NCBI RefSeq assembly: GCF_006345805.1
Contig: NC_043005.1
Location: 89,714,001-89,778,000, forward strand
DNA from: Octopus sinensis
Taxonomy: Eukaryota
DNA: 64,000 bases
Direction of reading: 5' to 3'
Shown here: one piece after another, positions 50,360 through 62,978 of the stretch
Layout of the letters: every line of letters begins with the position of its first letter
Numbering within the stretch: the stretch's first letter is position 1
Program-made: the position numbers and the translations under genes
The notes under the pieces: model-generated
What the model saw: only the letters and a program-made list of their open reading frames with translations
The model's database searches: none
What the model was told of the DNA's origin: nothing

Positions 50360-52850
50360 TGGTCATTTGCCAGTTTAGCCAATAAAAACACACGCACTAT
50401 GTATATTTGGTGTTACTTTGCTTCAGTGTTATTTATTTTTTACATTAATCTTAATCTTATTTCGGCCAGAGTTCTTTCGTCACACTCCTGTGACCGCATC
50501 AGTGGTCCTTTGTTTTCTTCTTTCTTATTTGTGTCTCTCCTTACTAACCGTCAGCCATTTTGTATTTCTATTGTATGCCTTCTTTTGCGCATGCTTATAT
50601 CTCTATGTGCGTCTATGTTTATTTAGTGTGTGTGTGGGGGGGATGCCTGTAATATTTGTATCTTCTGTTTATATACGTTCATGTAATTTGTTTTTGTTGT
50701 TGTCGTTTTTGTTTATTCTTATTTTGTCTATGTGTTTAAATCCACTTATTATTATTATCATTACGTATGCTTGTATGTATGTATGTATAACAACAATGCT
50801 TGTAATAATAATAATAATAATAAATAAAAAAAAATCTTTTAAATAAAAAAAAATATATAGTTATTTATTTCTATTTGTTTATTTATCTGTGTATTTTATT
50901 TATTATGTTTTCAGTTTTGTTTATATTGTAACTAATTTATTGGGATCCTCTACCGTCATATGTTGTAGTGTGTTAGTGATTCATTCCAGTTTCCTATTCA
51001 GGCTAGGTTTATCTTCTATTATGTGTGTAGCTTCTGTAATTTGTCTGATTGTTGCATCTTTTCTATGTGTGGACAATATTTTAATTTCTATGTCGTTGAT
51101 TGATCCCCCGTGTTCCTGTTCGGCGTGTTGGTACAGAATCGATGAGCTTTTACCTTCCTTGAGTTCTCTCCAATGTCATTAACCCGCTCTCCTACGCTTC
51201 TTGCCGTTTCCCCTACATATGTCGTTGTCTTGTTACTGCATCGTCCCTCTATACATCTTATACTATAGACTACATTTCTGGCTTTACAGTTTGTTTGTGG
51301 GCTAAATCTACATACAGTACAGTACTTATCCGTACAGGGGGTTCTACTAAAAGGATAGGTTCTACCGATTATAGATTTGATAGGGTTGCCAGGCTTTTCA
51401 ACAACCTTAATCCTTAGCTTAAGTGTGTCTAGGGTCCTTCTAAAGCGGTACGCCAGTTCACCTCCAGGGGTGGTGTCAACGAACATGACACTCTGGTATT
51501 TATGGCTATCATACCAAGAGTTGGCCTTCCCTATTTTCTTTTTTGTCCTTTCTATAGTGTTCCATGACTTGTTCCTATAGAGTGGGCAAATCCCATTCCT
51601 ATCATTACATAATATATTATCAAATTTCTTCATGGCTCCTTTGTATACTCTGATCCTTTCTTTATGGCTGTAACCTGAGAACTGCATGCGGTGAATGAAA
51701 TATTGTATATGTATCTTTAATTCTGTAGGCTCGCACATGCGTGACACATTTCTCATTATTCTGACGAGGTCTGCCATCAAAATATTGAATTTGGCATTGT
51801 CCGCAATGGCTGAGTTCTGGTGGATCAAGTATTTGAGGCCATAGGTTTAGCATAGTACTAATGAAGGATTTGGGTTTTATTATTCTCAATTTCTAGCCAG
51901 AGTTCTGTGTCTAGTACTGGTAGTCTATGGTTGGGGTGTTTAGTGGGGTAGTCTATTGTGACCTTAATACTCTGGTGGATGGAGTTAGCTATTTGCTTGA
52001 TGCTCTCCATAGTATTAGTTTCTATTGCTATATCAACAGTACTTTCTCGTGGGGGTGCCTTTACCACTATGTTGATATCATCAACATAGCGAGAGTACAT
52101 GTTTACGAGTATGGAGTTCTGTGTTAGGCGTTCTTTAAGCCTTCTGTCCCACCATACCATGAAAAGGTTGGCCACATCACCAGCGATACTAACGCCGATG
52201 GCTGCCCTCTCGTCCTGGGCATATATTTTATTGTTAAACTTAAACGTGTGGCCTTTTAGGGTAACTCTTATACTAGCTCCTAGTGCATGTGCGATCATTT
52301 TCTTTACCTGATGGATATTTGCGGGGCTCCGTATGGCTCTGGTCGATCCGCGCCATCTTTCTATATGTGTCTTCTTAGCCATAGAAGTAATTGTGGGCGG
52401 TCTACCTCTTAAACATCTACTGGGGCAGAAACTACTAAGATTATGTTTATCTAGGTATTCATTGTCACATGTCAGTCTAAGTAGGAGGCCCAGTTCCTCT
52501 GTGTTGACATTACGGAACTCCACCTGGCTCTCGTTGATCATCTCCACGCACTTCTCCACCGCAAAATCTACGTCGATCGATGGGTATAGGGATACCACAT
52601 CCATGCTACCCACCATACATCCTGTCAGGTCACAAGTGTTGTTACAGTCATTGATCCTGCTGAGGAGATCTGTGCTGTCACAAACATCAGGTGACATCCG
52701 GATTATAGGGCGTATGATCATTGAGAGGAAGTAGGAGATTCTGTAATTGCTAGCGATATTCGCTCCACAGACTGGTCTTGTTGGTGGTCCTGCTATAGGG
52801 TCAGTGGTTACTTTATGGTTCTTGCGAAGTCCATACAGTGACCTATCGGT
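50360..52850 (-). mobile_element. Penelope-like element (RT + GIY-YIG), 5'-truncated and inactive, with 3' pseudo-LTR region
   Basis: YGLRK, GSMDVVSLYPSI, AIGVSIAG, RYVDDI. Cys-rich linker CTDKYCTVC..NC, then VVYSIRC..YVGET. One TAG stop and frameshifts. Confidence 0.9.
50464..50508 (-). ncRNA. Degenerate minimal hammerhead in the PLE 3' region (A9->C)
   Basis: GGACCA-CUGAUGC-G-GUCAC(AGGAGU)GUGAC-GAAA-GAAC-UC^UGGCC. Confidence 0.55.
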
Positions 52851-52883
52851 ACTATGTTTACGTGATAAAGAAATAGATAGATA

Positions 52884-52958
<75 letters not shown>

Positions 52959-53188
52959 TAATAATAGAGAACGAATGGGGGGGGGGCATTAGGGTTACGA
53001 TCTACGCGTTAAACATGGAGAACATGAACGAGGTTGAGAAGTCAAATTTTTTCTTATCTCGGCATCTTCTGAGATCCGTGTTCTATCAGCAAAGGAATTG
53101 AATTTATTAAATGATTACAAACATATGTATGAGTGGTACAAATCATGAAATGGAAAAAGGCAATAACTGCATAAACAGACATGTACGC

Positions 53189-53828
<640 letters not shown>

Positions 53829-53830
<2 letters not shown>

Positions 53831-54385
53831 GCCCTGATGCAGTACCAGGCAGTGGTTTTCATGGCTTCTGATCTTAACTGATTGGAAGTGTTATCATGTA
53901 CATTGTTTTGTCTTGGTATAAAAGATGGGTTACAGCAAATATTCTGCTCAATACCACAGATTTGCTTGTCAGTTGTTTGACCTTAACCAGTTGAGCATAT
54001 CCCTTAGTGGCTGACGATATGTGCATCTCTGATCACGAGCAGAAGTAGTGGGGGAGCATCATAGCCATGTGTTGAGAGGGATTCTTTGGGGTTTGAATAA
54101 TTCACCTCTAGAAACATGGGTGGTTCTTTCAACATCCTTAAACAACCCTTATTCAGGGACCTTTTGAGCGGGATGGGTTACTCGACCAGAAGAAAATTCT
54201 AACTGGGCCCCCACCTGCAAGGTCATGTGCTGTTTATCTTGATATGAGATCACCATGTCGCGCACATATGGTTGTGATGCATGTGCCTGGTGTACCCTTA
54301 TCAGACGGGTAGTCATGATGGGTATACTGGGCCTCGTATATTTTACCCCAGTGTCACTTTGATTGCATGCACTGCTCTCTCACTC

Positions 54386-54388
<3 letters not shown>
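53829..54388 (-). mobile_element. Putative non-autonomous element inserted in (AAT)n
   Basis: About 560 bp of GC-richer, non-coding sequence bounded by (AAT)n on both sides. Family not established from this window. Confidence 0.35.
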
Positions 54389-54416
<28 letters not shown>

Positions 54417-54435
54417 GGGAGTAAATCCAAACTTA

Positions 54436-54553
54436 CAGGTAAAAATTAGATTTAGGATTAAATCAAATTTCACAGTATAAATATAAATTAAATTAATTTA
54501 ATTTATATTTATACTGTGAAATTTGATTTAATCCTAAATCTAATTTTTACCTG
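54436..54553. repeat. 118-bp perfect spacerless palindrome
   Basis: caggtaaaaattag...aattaaatt|aatttaatt...ctaatttttacctg, centre 54494/54495. Confidence 0.9.
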
Positions 54554-54604
54554 GGGGTATTATCTCTAATTTAATTTATATATATATATATTTATATATA
54601 TATA

Positions 54605-55241
54605 CTAGCAGTATCGCCCGGCGTTGCTCGGGTTTGTAAGGGAAATAACTATATAAGCATTTTTAGAGAGTTATAGCCAAAAAATAGCAAAAAATGCATT
54701 AAAAATGGAAAAAATATGATGGTAAATTTTTTAAAAAATCGTTGACTCATCGTAGACATTTTTAGAGAGTTACTTCCCTTATATAATAGCGAAAAAATGC
54801 ATTAAAATGGAAAAAAAAACAATGGTAAATTTTTTTTAAATCGTAGACTCATGTAGACGCTTTCTTAGCCATTTCTGTTTTGGTGTCTTCAAGCCATGAA
54901 GTCGTTGTTCTAAAAGAACACTGGTCTCCTTGACAACGCATTACGACGTTGATTTCCTTACACTCCCTTCCCCACAGGTGCAGGTGTGAGCGTGGACGCC
55001 AACTCCGCCGCCATCGACACACGAAAAATTATGCATTAAAATGGAATAAAAAATGATGTTAAATTATTTTTAAAATCGTAGACTCATCGTAGACGCGCGC
55101 TAATATTCAGACGGGCTCGATATGAATCACAACTATAAGCTACCCGAATTTGGTTAAACTGCACCGCAAAATGTGGGAGTAGTTAGGAATCTAAATCGAA
55201 GGGGACAGACACTCACACAACTACAGTTTTATATATATAGA
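54605..55241 (-). mobile_element. Non-autonomous Helitron
   Basis: A|TC at 55241, CTAG|T at 54605, and the same subterminal hairpin as 19009-19321. Confidence 0.75.
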
Positions 55242-55254
55242 TATACATAGCGCA

Positions 55255-55650
55255 GAAGTGGTGAGATGTGACAGCAAAGAAAAGCATACATTCACTCTCT
55301 GCATGCAATTAGACTCGGAAAGTTCGTGAGGAACCCATTGACCCAATTTGCTGACTTTTCCGATAGCACACAGGTCTCAATGAATGGTTGAATGACCAAA
55401 TCCAAGCTTCTCTGCTAGTTCCTCAACAGTTACGATGAGATTTTGTTCCACTAGGGTTTTCAGGATGTCCTTGTCGAGTTCTACAGATCTTTCAGGATGA
55501 GGCTCGTCTTCTAGGCTGTAGTTTATGGCTCGGGATTTCTGGAACCACCATTGACACTGCCTTACGCTTATTGTCCAATCCCCATATACTGCATTAATAT
55601 TTCTTGTACTTTGCACACATTTATATTCTGTTATTCTTTTATATGTTTCA
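55255..55650 (-). mobile_element. Mariner transposase N-terminal fragment
   Basis: QWWFQK..SLEDEPHPER..TVEELAEKLG..HSTIH (HTH region). Confidence 0.7.
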
Positions 55651-55913
55651 GCCTTGAGGTTGTGGCCATGCTGGATCATGTGTGTGTGTGTGTGTCTATC
55701 TGTCTGTCTGTCTGTATGTATATATGTATATGTATGTGTGTGAACAATAATATTTTCAACAGATGTGTTGCAAATGTATCTGATTGTTCTCAAGCTTCAA
55801 TACTGTGTGTGTGTGTATGTGTGTGTGTGTATGTATGTATGTATATGTATGTATGTATGTATATGTATATATGTATGTATGTGTGTATGTATGTATGTGT
55901 GTGTGTATGTATG

Positions 55914-55952
<39 letters not shown>

Positions 55953-56816
55953 ATGTATGTATGTATGTATGTATGTTTACTTTATTACTAACACAAGCCA
56001 CTACGGTTATTTAATGTAAAGTCTTCGTCAAATCACTCTCTCTCTCTCTCGCTATTTACTCTCTTCCAAGAACATTTTCACTCACTCTTAGCTCTTAGCT
56101 TCCCATACATTTTACTCATGTATCTATCAGCGTCATAGACAGAATACTTTCAGTTTAGTCTTCCTCAAATCACTCTGTCGCTATTTACTTTCATTTTATT
56201 CGTTGCCCACTGTGTGTGTGCGTTTGCGTGTGGTGTAAACCAGACTAAGAAAAGCATTTGACACGCACACCAAAATGTGAGTTTTCTGTAAATTTTGCTT
56301 AATTGGAGTTTAAATTTTAAAAACTGGACCTGGCATGACGCGATGCATTGTACTGTTAAAAATGCTAGGTAAATTGTAATTGAAGAAATCCTATATTGTA
56401 GATTTGTATAACTCCCAAAGGGAGGCAGATAAAATCTGCCTTTTATAATAAGAGATTACGGAGATGTACTCGCATAGCAAGTGATTTGATCTGAGATCGT
56501 GTGCTGAAACGAAAACAATTGCAGCGTGGAAGGTGTTTGTAAGCCATTTAAGAAACACACAAAAGCCGTTCGATTCACTTTAACATTTAAGTTTAATTTG
56601 TCAAAATATTTTCGTCGCTAAAATCCGCGACCTGTTCACTGACAAAAATCCGTGCTGCATCTGAGCAAGTAACAGTTGGTTCGTCATATATATGTACGTA
56701 TGTATGTGTGTATGCATACACATATGTATGCATGTATGTATGTATGTATGTATGTATGTACGTACATACGCCTGTGTATGCATGTATGTATGTATGTATG
56801 TATGTATGTGTGTGTA

Positions 56817-58085
56817 CGAGGGGCGTTCAATAAGTAATGCCCCTGACCCACTTGCATTTGTTTGATCTAGCTGAAATTTTGCATGTGCACTTATTTATAA
56901 CTCTATAGATTAAGTGGCGAATTACAGCTCTGAATTAATTGTGGTTTCTGATTTACAGGTGTTTGAACTAAGTCAAGTGTGAAATGGAGCCTGTTGAGTG
57001 TCGAGCAGTGATCTGGTTTTTGTATTTGAAAGGACGCACACCACGGGAGACTTTTGATGAAATGAAAGTAACTTATGGTGATAATGCCCCATCATATGAC
57101 CTTGTAAAACGCTAGCATCGTGAATTCAAACATAGTCGGAACTCTGTGGAAACAGCTCCCAGATCTGGTCGCCCCCTTCTGCCGTTGATGAGACGTCTGT
57201 CCGTCAAGTTGAGGCTGCCATTTTGGAAGGTCAACGCATAACTATTCGCCAAATAGCCCATAAGGTCAAGATTAGTACCGGGTCTGTGGAAACTGTCATT
57301 CATGACCATTTGCATATGCAAAAGGTGTCTGCCAGATGGATATCCAGGTTGCTCACACCTTTCCAGAAGCAAGAACGCGTTGAGTGCTCGAGGATGAATT
57401 TGGAGATGTGCCAAGAAAATGAATCAAAATTTTTCAAAAGACTGATCACACAGGATGAAACCTGGGTCCATCACTATGATCCATAGACCAAAGCCCAGTC
57501 AATGCAGTGAAAGCACCGTGACTCACCTCCTCCAAAGAAGGCAAGGGTGCAGCCCTCCGCTGACAAGGTTATGCTCACAGTCTTCTGGGACCAGGACGGA
57601 GTAGTGATGACAGATTTCCTGGCAAAGGGTACCACAATTACAGGAGCCTATTATGCTTCACTTTTGAGGAAATTAAGAGAAGCTATCAAAATCGAGAGGC
57701 GGGGCAAGATCAGCAAAGCATTCTCCTCCTGCAGGACAACGCTCCGGTCCACAACTCGCGTGTCGCCAGATCAGAAGCACAGGCGTGCAGCTATGAACTC
57801 CTCCCCTTGCACCCTCTGATTTTCACCTCTTCCCAGCCATGAAGTTGATTTTGAAAGGAAAGCGTTTCCCAGATGATGCAGCCTTGATTTCTGAAGTCAC
57901 GTCGTGGTTGGAGGACCAAGCTGGGGTCTTCTACAAAAACGGTCTCCAGAGCTGTATCAAACGATGGGAGAAATGCATAACTCTGAGTAGTTCCTATGTA
58001 GGAAAAGACTAATAACTGTGCCAAGTGTCGTTGCTCTACTGCTATGGGAAGTGGGTCAGGGGCATTACTTATTGAACGCCCCTCG
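56817..58085 (+). mobile_element. Mariner DD34D transposon, second copy of the 39-kb family, more decayed
   Basis: Perfect TIRs cgaggggcgttcaataagtaatgcccctgacc, TA TSD, several stops and a deletion near the third Asp. Confidence 0.93.
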
Positions 58086-58706
58086 TATATGCACGCACAT
58101 ACACACTATAAACATAAAGCTATAAACCTGTAGTGATGGATAGATGTAGAGTGACCACTCATCACAATAATATCAAATTTCAACCTCCCCCGCCGAAACT
58201 AGGAAGTGATTTACGACCCTCACACCCCAAACTAACCCTAAAACCTATTATCAGACATTTATGTCTATATCACAGAACTTTTGTTTTACTATTGTGCGTA
58301 TGTATGTATATATGTATGTACATACATACGCATGTGCGTATGTATGTATACGCGCACGTATGCATGTGCCCATGTATGTGTGTGTGTACATGTACGTGCG
58401 TATGTACGTGTGTATGCCCATACGTAGGTATGTATGTATGTTTGTACTCATGTGCTACGTATGTATGTGAGTGTCTGGGAGAATGGGCAGACGCGTCTGT
58501 GAGAGTGTGTACATGTGTATGTGAACGTATGTCCGTGTACTGGCATGTGTCCGTCCAAGTTGTGTACATGACTGTTACTTTGTTGAAGGTTGTATACATA
58601 CTCACATATATGTTTGTATAGACGTACACACATATATATATATGTGTGGGTGTGTGTTTGTTCCTCTCATCACCGTCTACCTGTGAATGGATACAACGCC
58701 TAAGTG

Positions 58707-58905
58707 ATTGGGACTATACAGTTTGTTGTCAAACTTAAAAATACCTCAGCATACAGGACTCACTGTGAGCGCTGGCAGGGATGGACAAAGCCGGACTACC
58801 CACCTTCAAGTGCACACGACATTCGAACCACCATCGCACATTCTATCGGTGTCAGCCTGAGAATTACGCTAAAAACACATATTTTTAAGTTTGACAACAA
58901 ACCGA
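58707..58905 (+). mobile_element. Penelope RT fragment
   Basis: HCERWQG...IAHSIGVSLRITLKTHIFKFDNK aligns by eye to HIERWRG...IAHALGASIRVTLKGHTFKFNNK of the 52-kb element. Confidence 0.75.
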
Positions 58906-60012
58906 TGCAATGTTGAGACAGGTCACAGAAGCTGTTTGTATACAAGAATACAAACCTACTCTCAACCGAAAATCCGAATGGAGCAACATCCAGATCCCAT
59001 TCAGAAGGACTATTCTATAACCACTCCCCTCTCTCTCTCTCTCTCTCTCTCTCGTTTACTTGTAATCCTTACATACATGTTGCAATGCGTATGTGCAGTT
59101 ATATATAACCGTATGAGCGTACGTTGTTTGATACGTACAGTTGCACTTAGGCGTTGTATCCATTCACAGGTAGACGGTGATGAGAGGAACAAACACACAC
59201 CCACACACATATATATATATATATGTGTGTACGTCTATACAAACATATATGTGAGTATGTATACAACCTTCAACAAAGTAACAGTCATGTACACAACTTG
59301 GACGGACACATGCCAGTACACGGACATACGTTCACATACACATACACATGTACACACTCTCACAGACGCGTCTGCCCATTCTCCCAGACACTCACATACA
59401 TACGTAGCACATGAGAACAAACATACATACATACCAACGTATGGGCATACACACGTACATACGCACATACATGTACACACACACATACATGGGCACATGC
59501 ATACGTGCGCGTATACATACATACGCACATGCGTACGTATGTACATACACACATACATACATACATACATACATACATACATACATACATACATACATAC
59601 ATACATACATACATACATACATACGCACAATAGTAAAACAAAAGTTCTGTGATATAGAGATAAATGTCTGATAATAGGTTTTAGGGTTAGTTTTGGGAGT
59701 GAGGGTCGTAAATCACTTCCTAGTTACGGCGGGGGAGGTTGAAATTTGATATTATTGTGATGAGTGGTCACTCTACATCTATCCATCACTACAGGTTTAT
59801 AGCTTTATGTTTATAGTGTGTATGTGCGTGCATATACACACACATACATACATACATACATACATACATACATACATACATACATACATAGGCGTATGTA
59901 CGTACATACATACATACATACATACATGCATACATATGTGTATGCATACACACATACATACGTACATATATATGACGAACTAACTGTTACTTTCTCAGAT
60001 GCAGCACGGATT

Positions 60013-60062
60013 TTTGTCAGTGAACAGGTCGCGGATTTTAGCGACGAAAATATTTTGACAAA
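60013..60062 (+). ncRNA. Minimal type I hammerhead with G3-C8 core (mirror copy at 56597-56646, minus strand)
   Basis: UUUGUCA-GUGAACA-G-GUCGC(GGAUUUUA)GCGAC-GAAA-AUAU-UU^UGACAAA. 7-bp stem I, 5-bp stem II, palindromic AAUAUU. Confidence 0.7.
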
Positions 60063-60138
60063 TTAAACTTAAATGTTGAAGTGAATCGAACGGCTTTTGT
60101 GTGTTTCTTAAATGGCTTACAAACACCTTCCACGCTGC

Positions 60139-60189
<51 letters not shown>

Positions 60190-60547
60190 TCAATAATAAT
60201 ATAGGGTGAAATTAATTAATTTGGAATAATCATTAATTTCACCAAGTAGATTTCGGTATGTAAAAGCCCCATTCAAGGAAGGTTTAAGTAATTAAGGGTT
60301 TAGCAACGATTTGCCTTACCACACACCGGATTTAGAAATAGCAGTCAATTAATTAATTTCACCCTATATTATTATTGATAATTATATTTCGAAAACCCAT
60401 GATGTGGGTGGGTGTTGGAGTGAGAAAGGTTTTTAATCCAAACAACAAAAGAAAAAAATGTCGCAAGGAATTTTGGGTTTGAAGCACCACCATTTGAACC
60501 ACCCACCTGGAATAAATAATAATACGAAGAAATCATTATAAACTTAC

Positions 60548-60690
60548 CTGTAATCTAAGTCAGGTGTAATAAAAACCATGCTTCCAATGTGTAAACCATC
60601 CATAATGGTTGAAGAGAAGAGGAAAGCTAGCATCAGTTTCTGATAAAGTCCACATCCTCCAATTGTCCCAATCACTTCTTCGTAGTCCAT
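60548..60690 (-). CDS. SLC22: Duplicate of SLC22 coding exon 1 (coding sequence identical, donor intact)
   Basis: The 143 coding nt are identical to 62836-62978 and the gtaag donor is kept. The copy lies in a 655-bp duplicated block (60390-61044 vs 62677-63349). Whether it is used is unknown. Confidence 0.6.
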
Positions 60691-61273
60691 GGTGAACAAA
60701 CCTCTCAGAACAAATGTGTCGTCAGCTTCAAGCAATTTCTAATTGTGTCTGTTAGCGAATATGTCTGGCTACTTTCATGCATACTTACATAATATATGTA
60801 TCAATTGAGCAAGTGAGAGTAGCTGTAGGAGTGTAAGTGGTGGTAAGGGGGAGGAGGGGAGGCATGGGAGTGAAGGACTAGCATTTGGGATTGGGTGTTG
60901 TATGGAAGTGAGAGGAGGAGGGGAAAAGAGAACAAGAGAAAGAGTGTGGGGGAGGGGGGATTAAATGCGAGTATGTCTCTATCTATATATATCTCTAATT
61001 TATAAATCTGAAATGCCAAAAGTTTGTTTGTTTGAGAACGGGTTGATTTCACCCTATATTATTTTTCATCCCAGTAAAAAACCTTACTTATTTTGGCAGC
61101 ACACTGACGGGAGGAGGATGGTGACATACTTTCATTCACAGTTTGAATTTGGTGGTACTGGTAATGGCTTACACTGGCTGTGATACTACGAGTTGATGTG
61201 ATGTCTTCTAGTGCCTTCAAATTTAATACACAATTATTAATGATTGAGACGCAATTATTTATAATTGTAGAGT

Positions 61274-61364
61274 CCTACGCTGAGGAGGAAAATAGTTGGG
61301 TAAGACATAATTATTTAATTTTTGTGCTTTTCTATGGCTTAATTCCGAAACGTACGACCGTAGG
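61274..61364 (+). ncRNA. Hammerhead with long stem II insert and damaged cleavage site (U16.1->A)
   Basis: CCUACG-CUGAGGA-GGAA...UUCC-GAAA-CGUACG-AC-CGUAGG. Confidence 0.6.
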
Positions 61365-61652
61365 TGACCTAATGTAGAATGATTATCGTCATTTCTTTCT
61401 CTTTTGTCTGCGTTGTTTGCCTTTTAAGTGCTGTGGTTTTACTGGGATCTCCCTTTTAAGTAGAAAGAATAGCCAAAACTCTTTTGACTGCTAATTCTAA
61501 ATCCGGTGTGTGGTGAGGCAAATCGTTGCTAAACCCTTAATTACTTAGTATTACTTAAACCTTCCTTGAATGGGGCTTTTACATGCCGAAATCTACTTGG
61601 TGAAATTAATGATTATTCCAAATTAATTAATTTCACCCTATATTATTATTGA

Positions 61653-61718
<66 letters not shown>

Positions 61719-61723
<5 letters not shown>

Positions 61724-62510
61724 GAAATATTAAAATTACTAAGTCTCTCTAAAAGAGATTACGGCAGCGTTACTGGAAATTAATTGTTATCGCCATATTA
61801 ATATGGCAGTGTTATAGATATAAGACTAAAAGCTGTCGCTGATTATCTCCATGAGGCCATCGCCTTAAGATAGCTATTTGACACACAAACTGTGTCCATT
61901 ATAACCTTCGAACAAGGAAGGTCAGCCGCTTCACACTGCTAGTCAGACAGCTACAGACGCGTTTCAGGGTATTTGCCCTTTGTCAATGTAGCGTAGTCGA
62001 CCCAGCAGGTGTCACCACTGATCGTCTCTTCGAAGGTTTTATTTACCTAGTTTCGGTGGAATACATCCACCTGTTTTCAATAATAGAAATATTAAAATTA
62101 CTAAGTCTCTCTAAAAGAGATTACGGCAGCGTTACTGGAAATTAATTGTTATCGCCATATTAATATGGCAGTCTTATAGATATAAGACTAAAAGCTGTCG
62201 CTGATTAGCTCCATGAGGCCATCGCCTTAAGATAGCTATTTGACACACAAACTGTGTCCATTATAACCTTCGAACAAGGGAGGTCAGCCGCTTCACACTA
62301 CGCTACATTGACAAAGGGCAAATACTCTGAAACGCGTCTGTAGCTGTTTGACTAGCAGTGTGAAGCGGCTGACCTCCCTTGTTCGAAGGTTATAATGGAC
62401 ACAGTTTGTGTGTCAAATAGCTATCTTAAGGCGATGGCCTCATGGAGCTCATCAGCAACAGCTTTTAGTCTTATATCTATAACACTGCCATATTAATATG
62501 GCGATAACAA

Positions 62511-62515
<5 letters not shown>
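61719..62515. mobile_element. Second palindromic concatemer of the 362-bp HHR monomer
   Basis: Period 362 (61719/62081), inversion point about 62299, (TA)n on both flanks. Confidence 0.85.
62302..62344 (+). ncRNA. U3-A8 hammerhead, second subfamily (mirror copy at 61950-61992, minus strand)
   Basis: GCUACA-UUGACAA-AGGG(CAAAUA)CUCU-GAAA-CGCG-UC^UGUAGC; the mirror copy has CCCU in stem II. Confidence 0.8.
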
Positions 62516-62564
<49 letters not shown>

Positions 62565-62835
62565 CAAATGAATAATAATAGATGAATGTATGTGACCCTT
62601 CCATGAATTATGAGCAGAGAATATACAGGGATTATCTCAAAAGGTCGATAAAATCAAGTGTAAAGATTTCAGGTAACGAAAACCCATGATGTGGGTGGGT
62701 GATGGAGTGAGAAAGGTTTTTAACCCCAAACAATAAAAGAAAAAAATGTCGCAAGGAATTTTGGGTTTGAAGCACCACCATTTGAACCACCCACCTGGAA
62801 TAAATAATAATACGAAGAAATCATTATAAACTTAC

Positions 62836-62978
62836 CTGTAATCTAAGTCAGGTGTAATAAAAACCATGCTTCCAATGTGTAAACCATCCATAATGGTTGA
62901 AGAGAAGAGGAAAGCTAGCATCAGTTTCTGATAAAGTCCACATCCTCCAATTGTCCCAATCACTTCTTCGTAGTCCAT
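62836..62978 (-). CDS. SLC22: SLC22-family transporter, coding exon 1 (native copy)
   Basis: ATG at 62978 gives MDYEEVIGTIGGCGLYQKLMLAFLFSSTIMDGLHIGSMVFITPDLDY, a typical SLC22 N-terminus. It ends AG|gtaag (phase 2) and joins exon 2 in frame (AG+G = Arg, then CAIPG). Confidence 0.9.

Larger units (their letters stand above)
56517..60142. repeat. 3.6-kb fold-back; left arm interrupted by a mariner, PLE RT fragment in the loop
   Basis: 56517-58706 (minus the mariner) pairs with 59144-60142. Confidence 0.88.
60183..61659. mobile_element. Composite: inverted pLTR-like ends enclosing a copy of SLC22 exon 1
   Basis: 60183-60348 pairs with 61484-61659. Host-derived block 60390-61044. (TA)n on both flanks. 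Confidence 0.75.
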
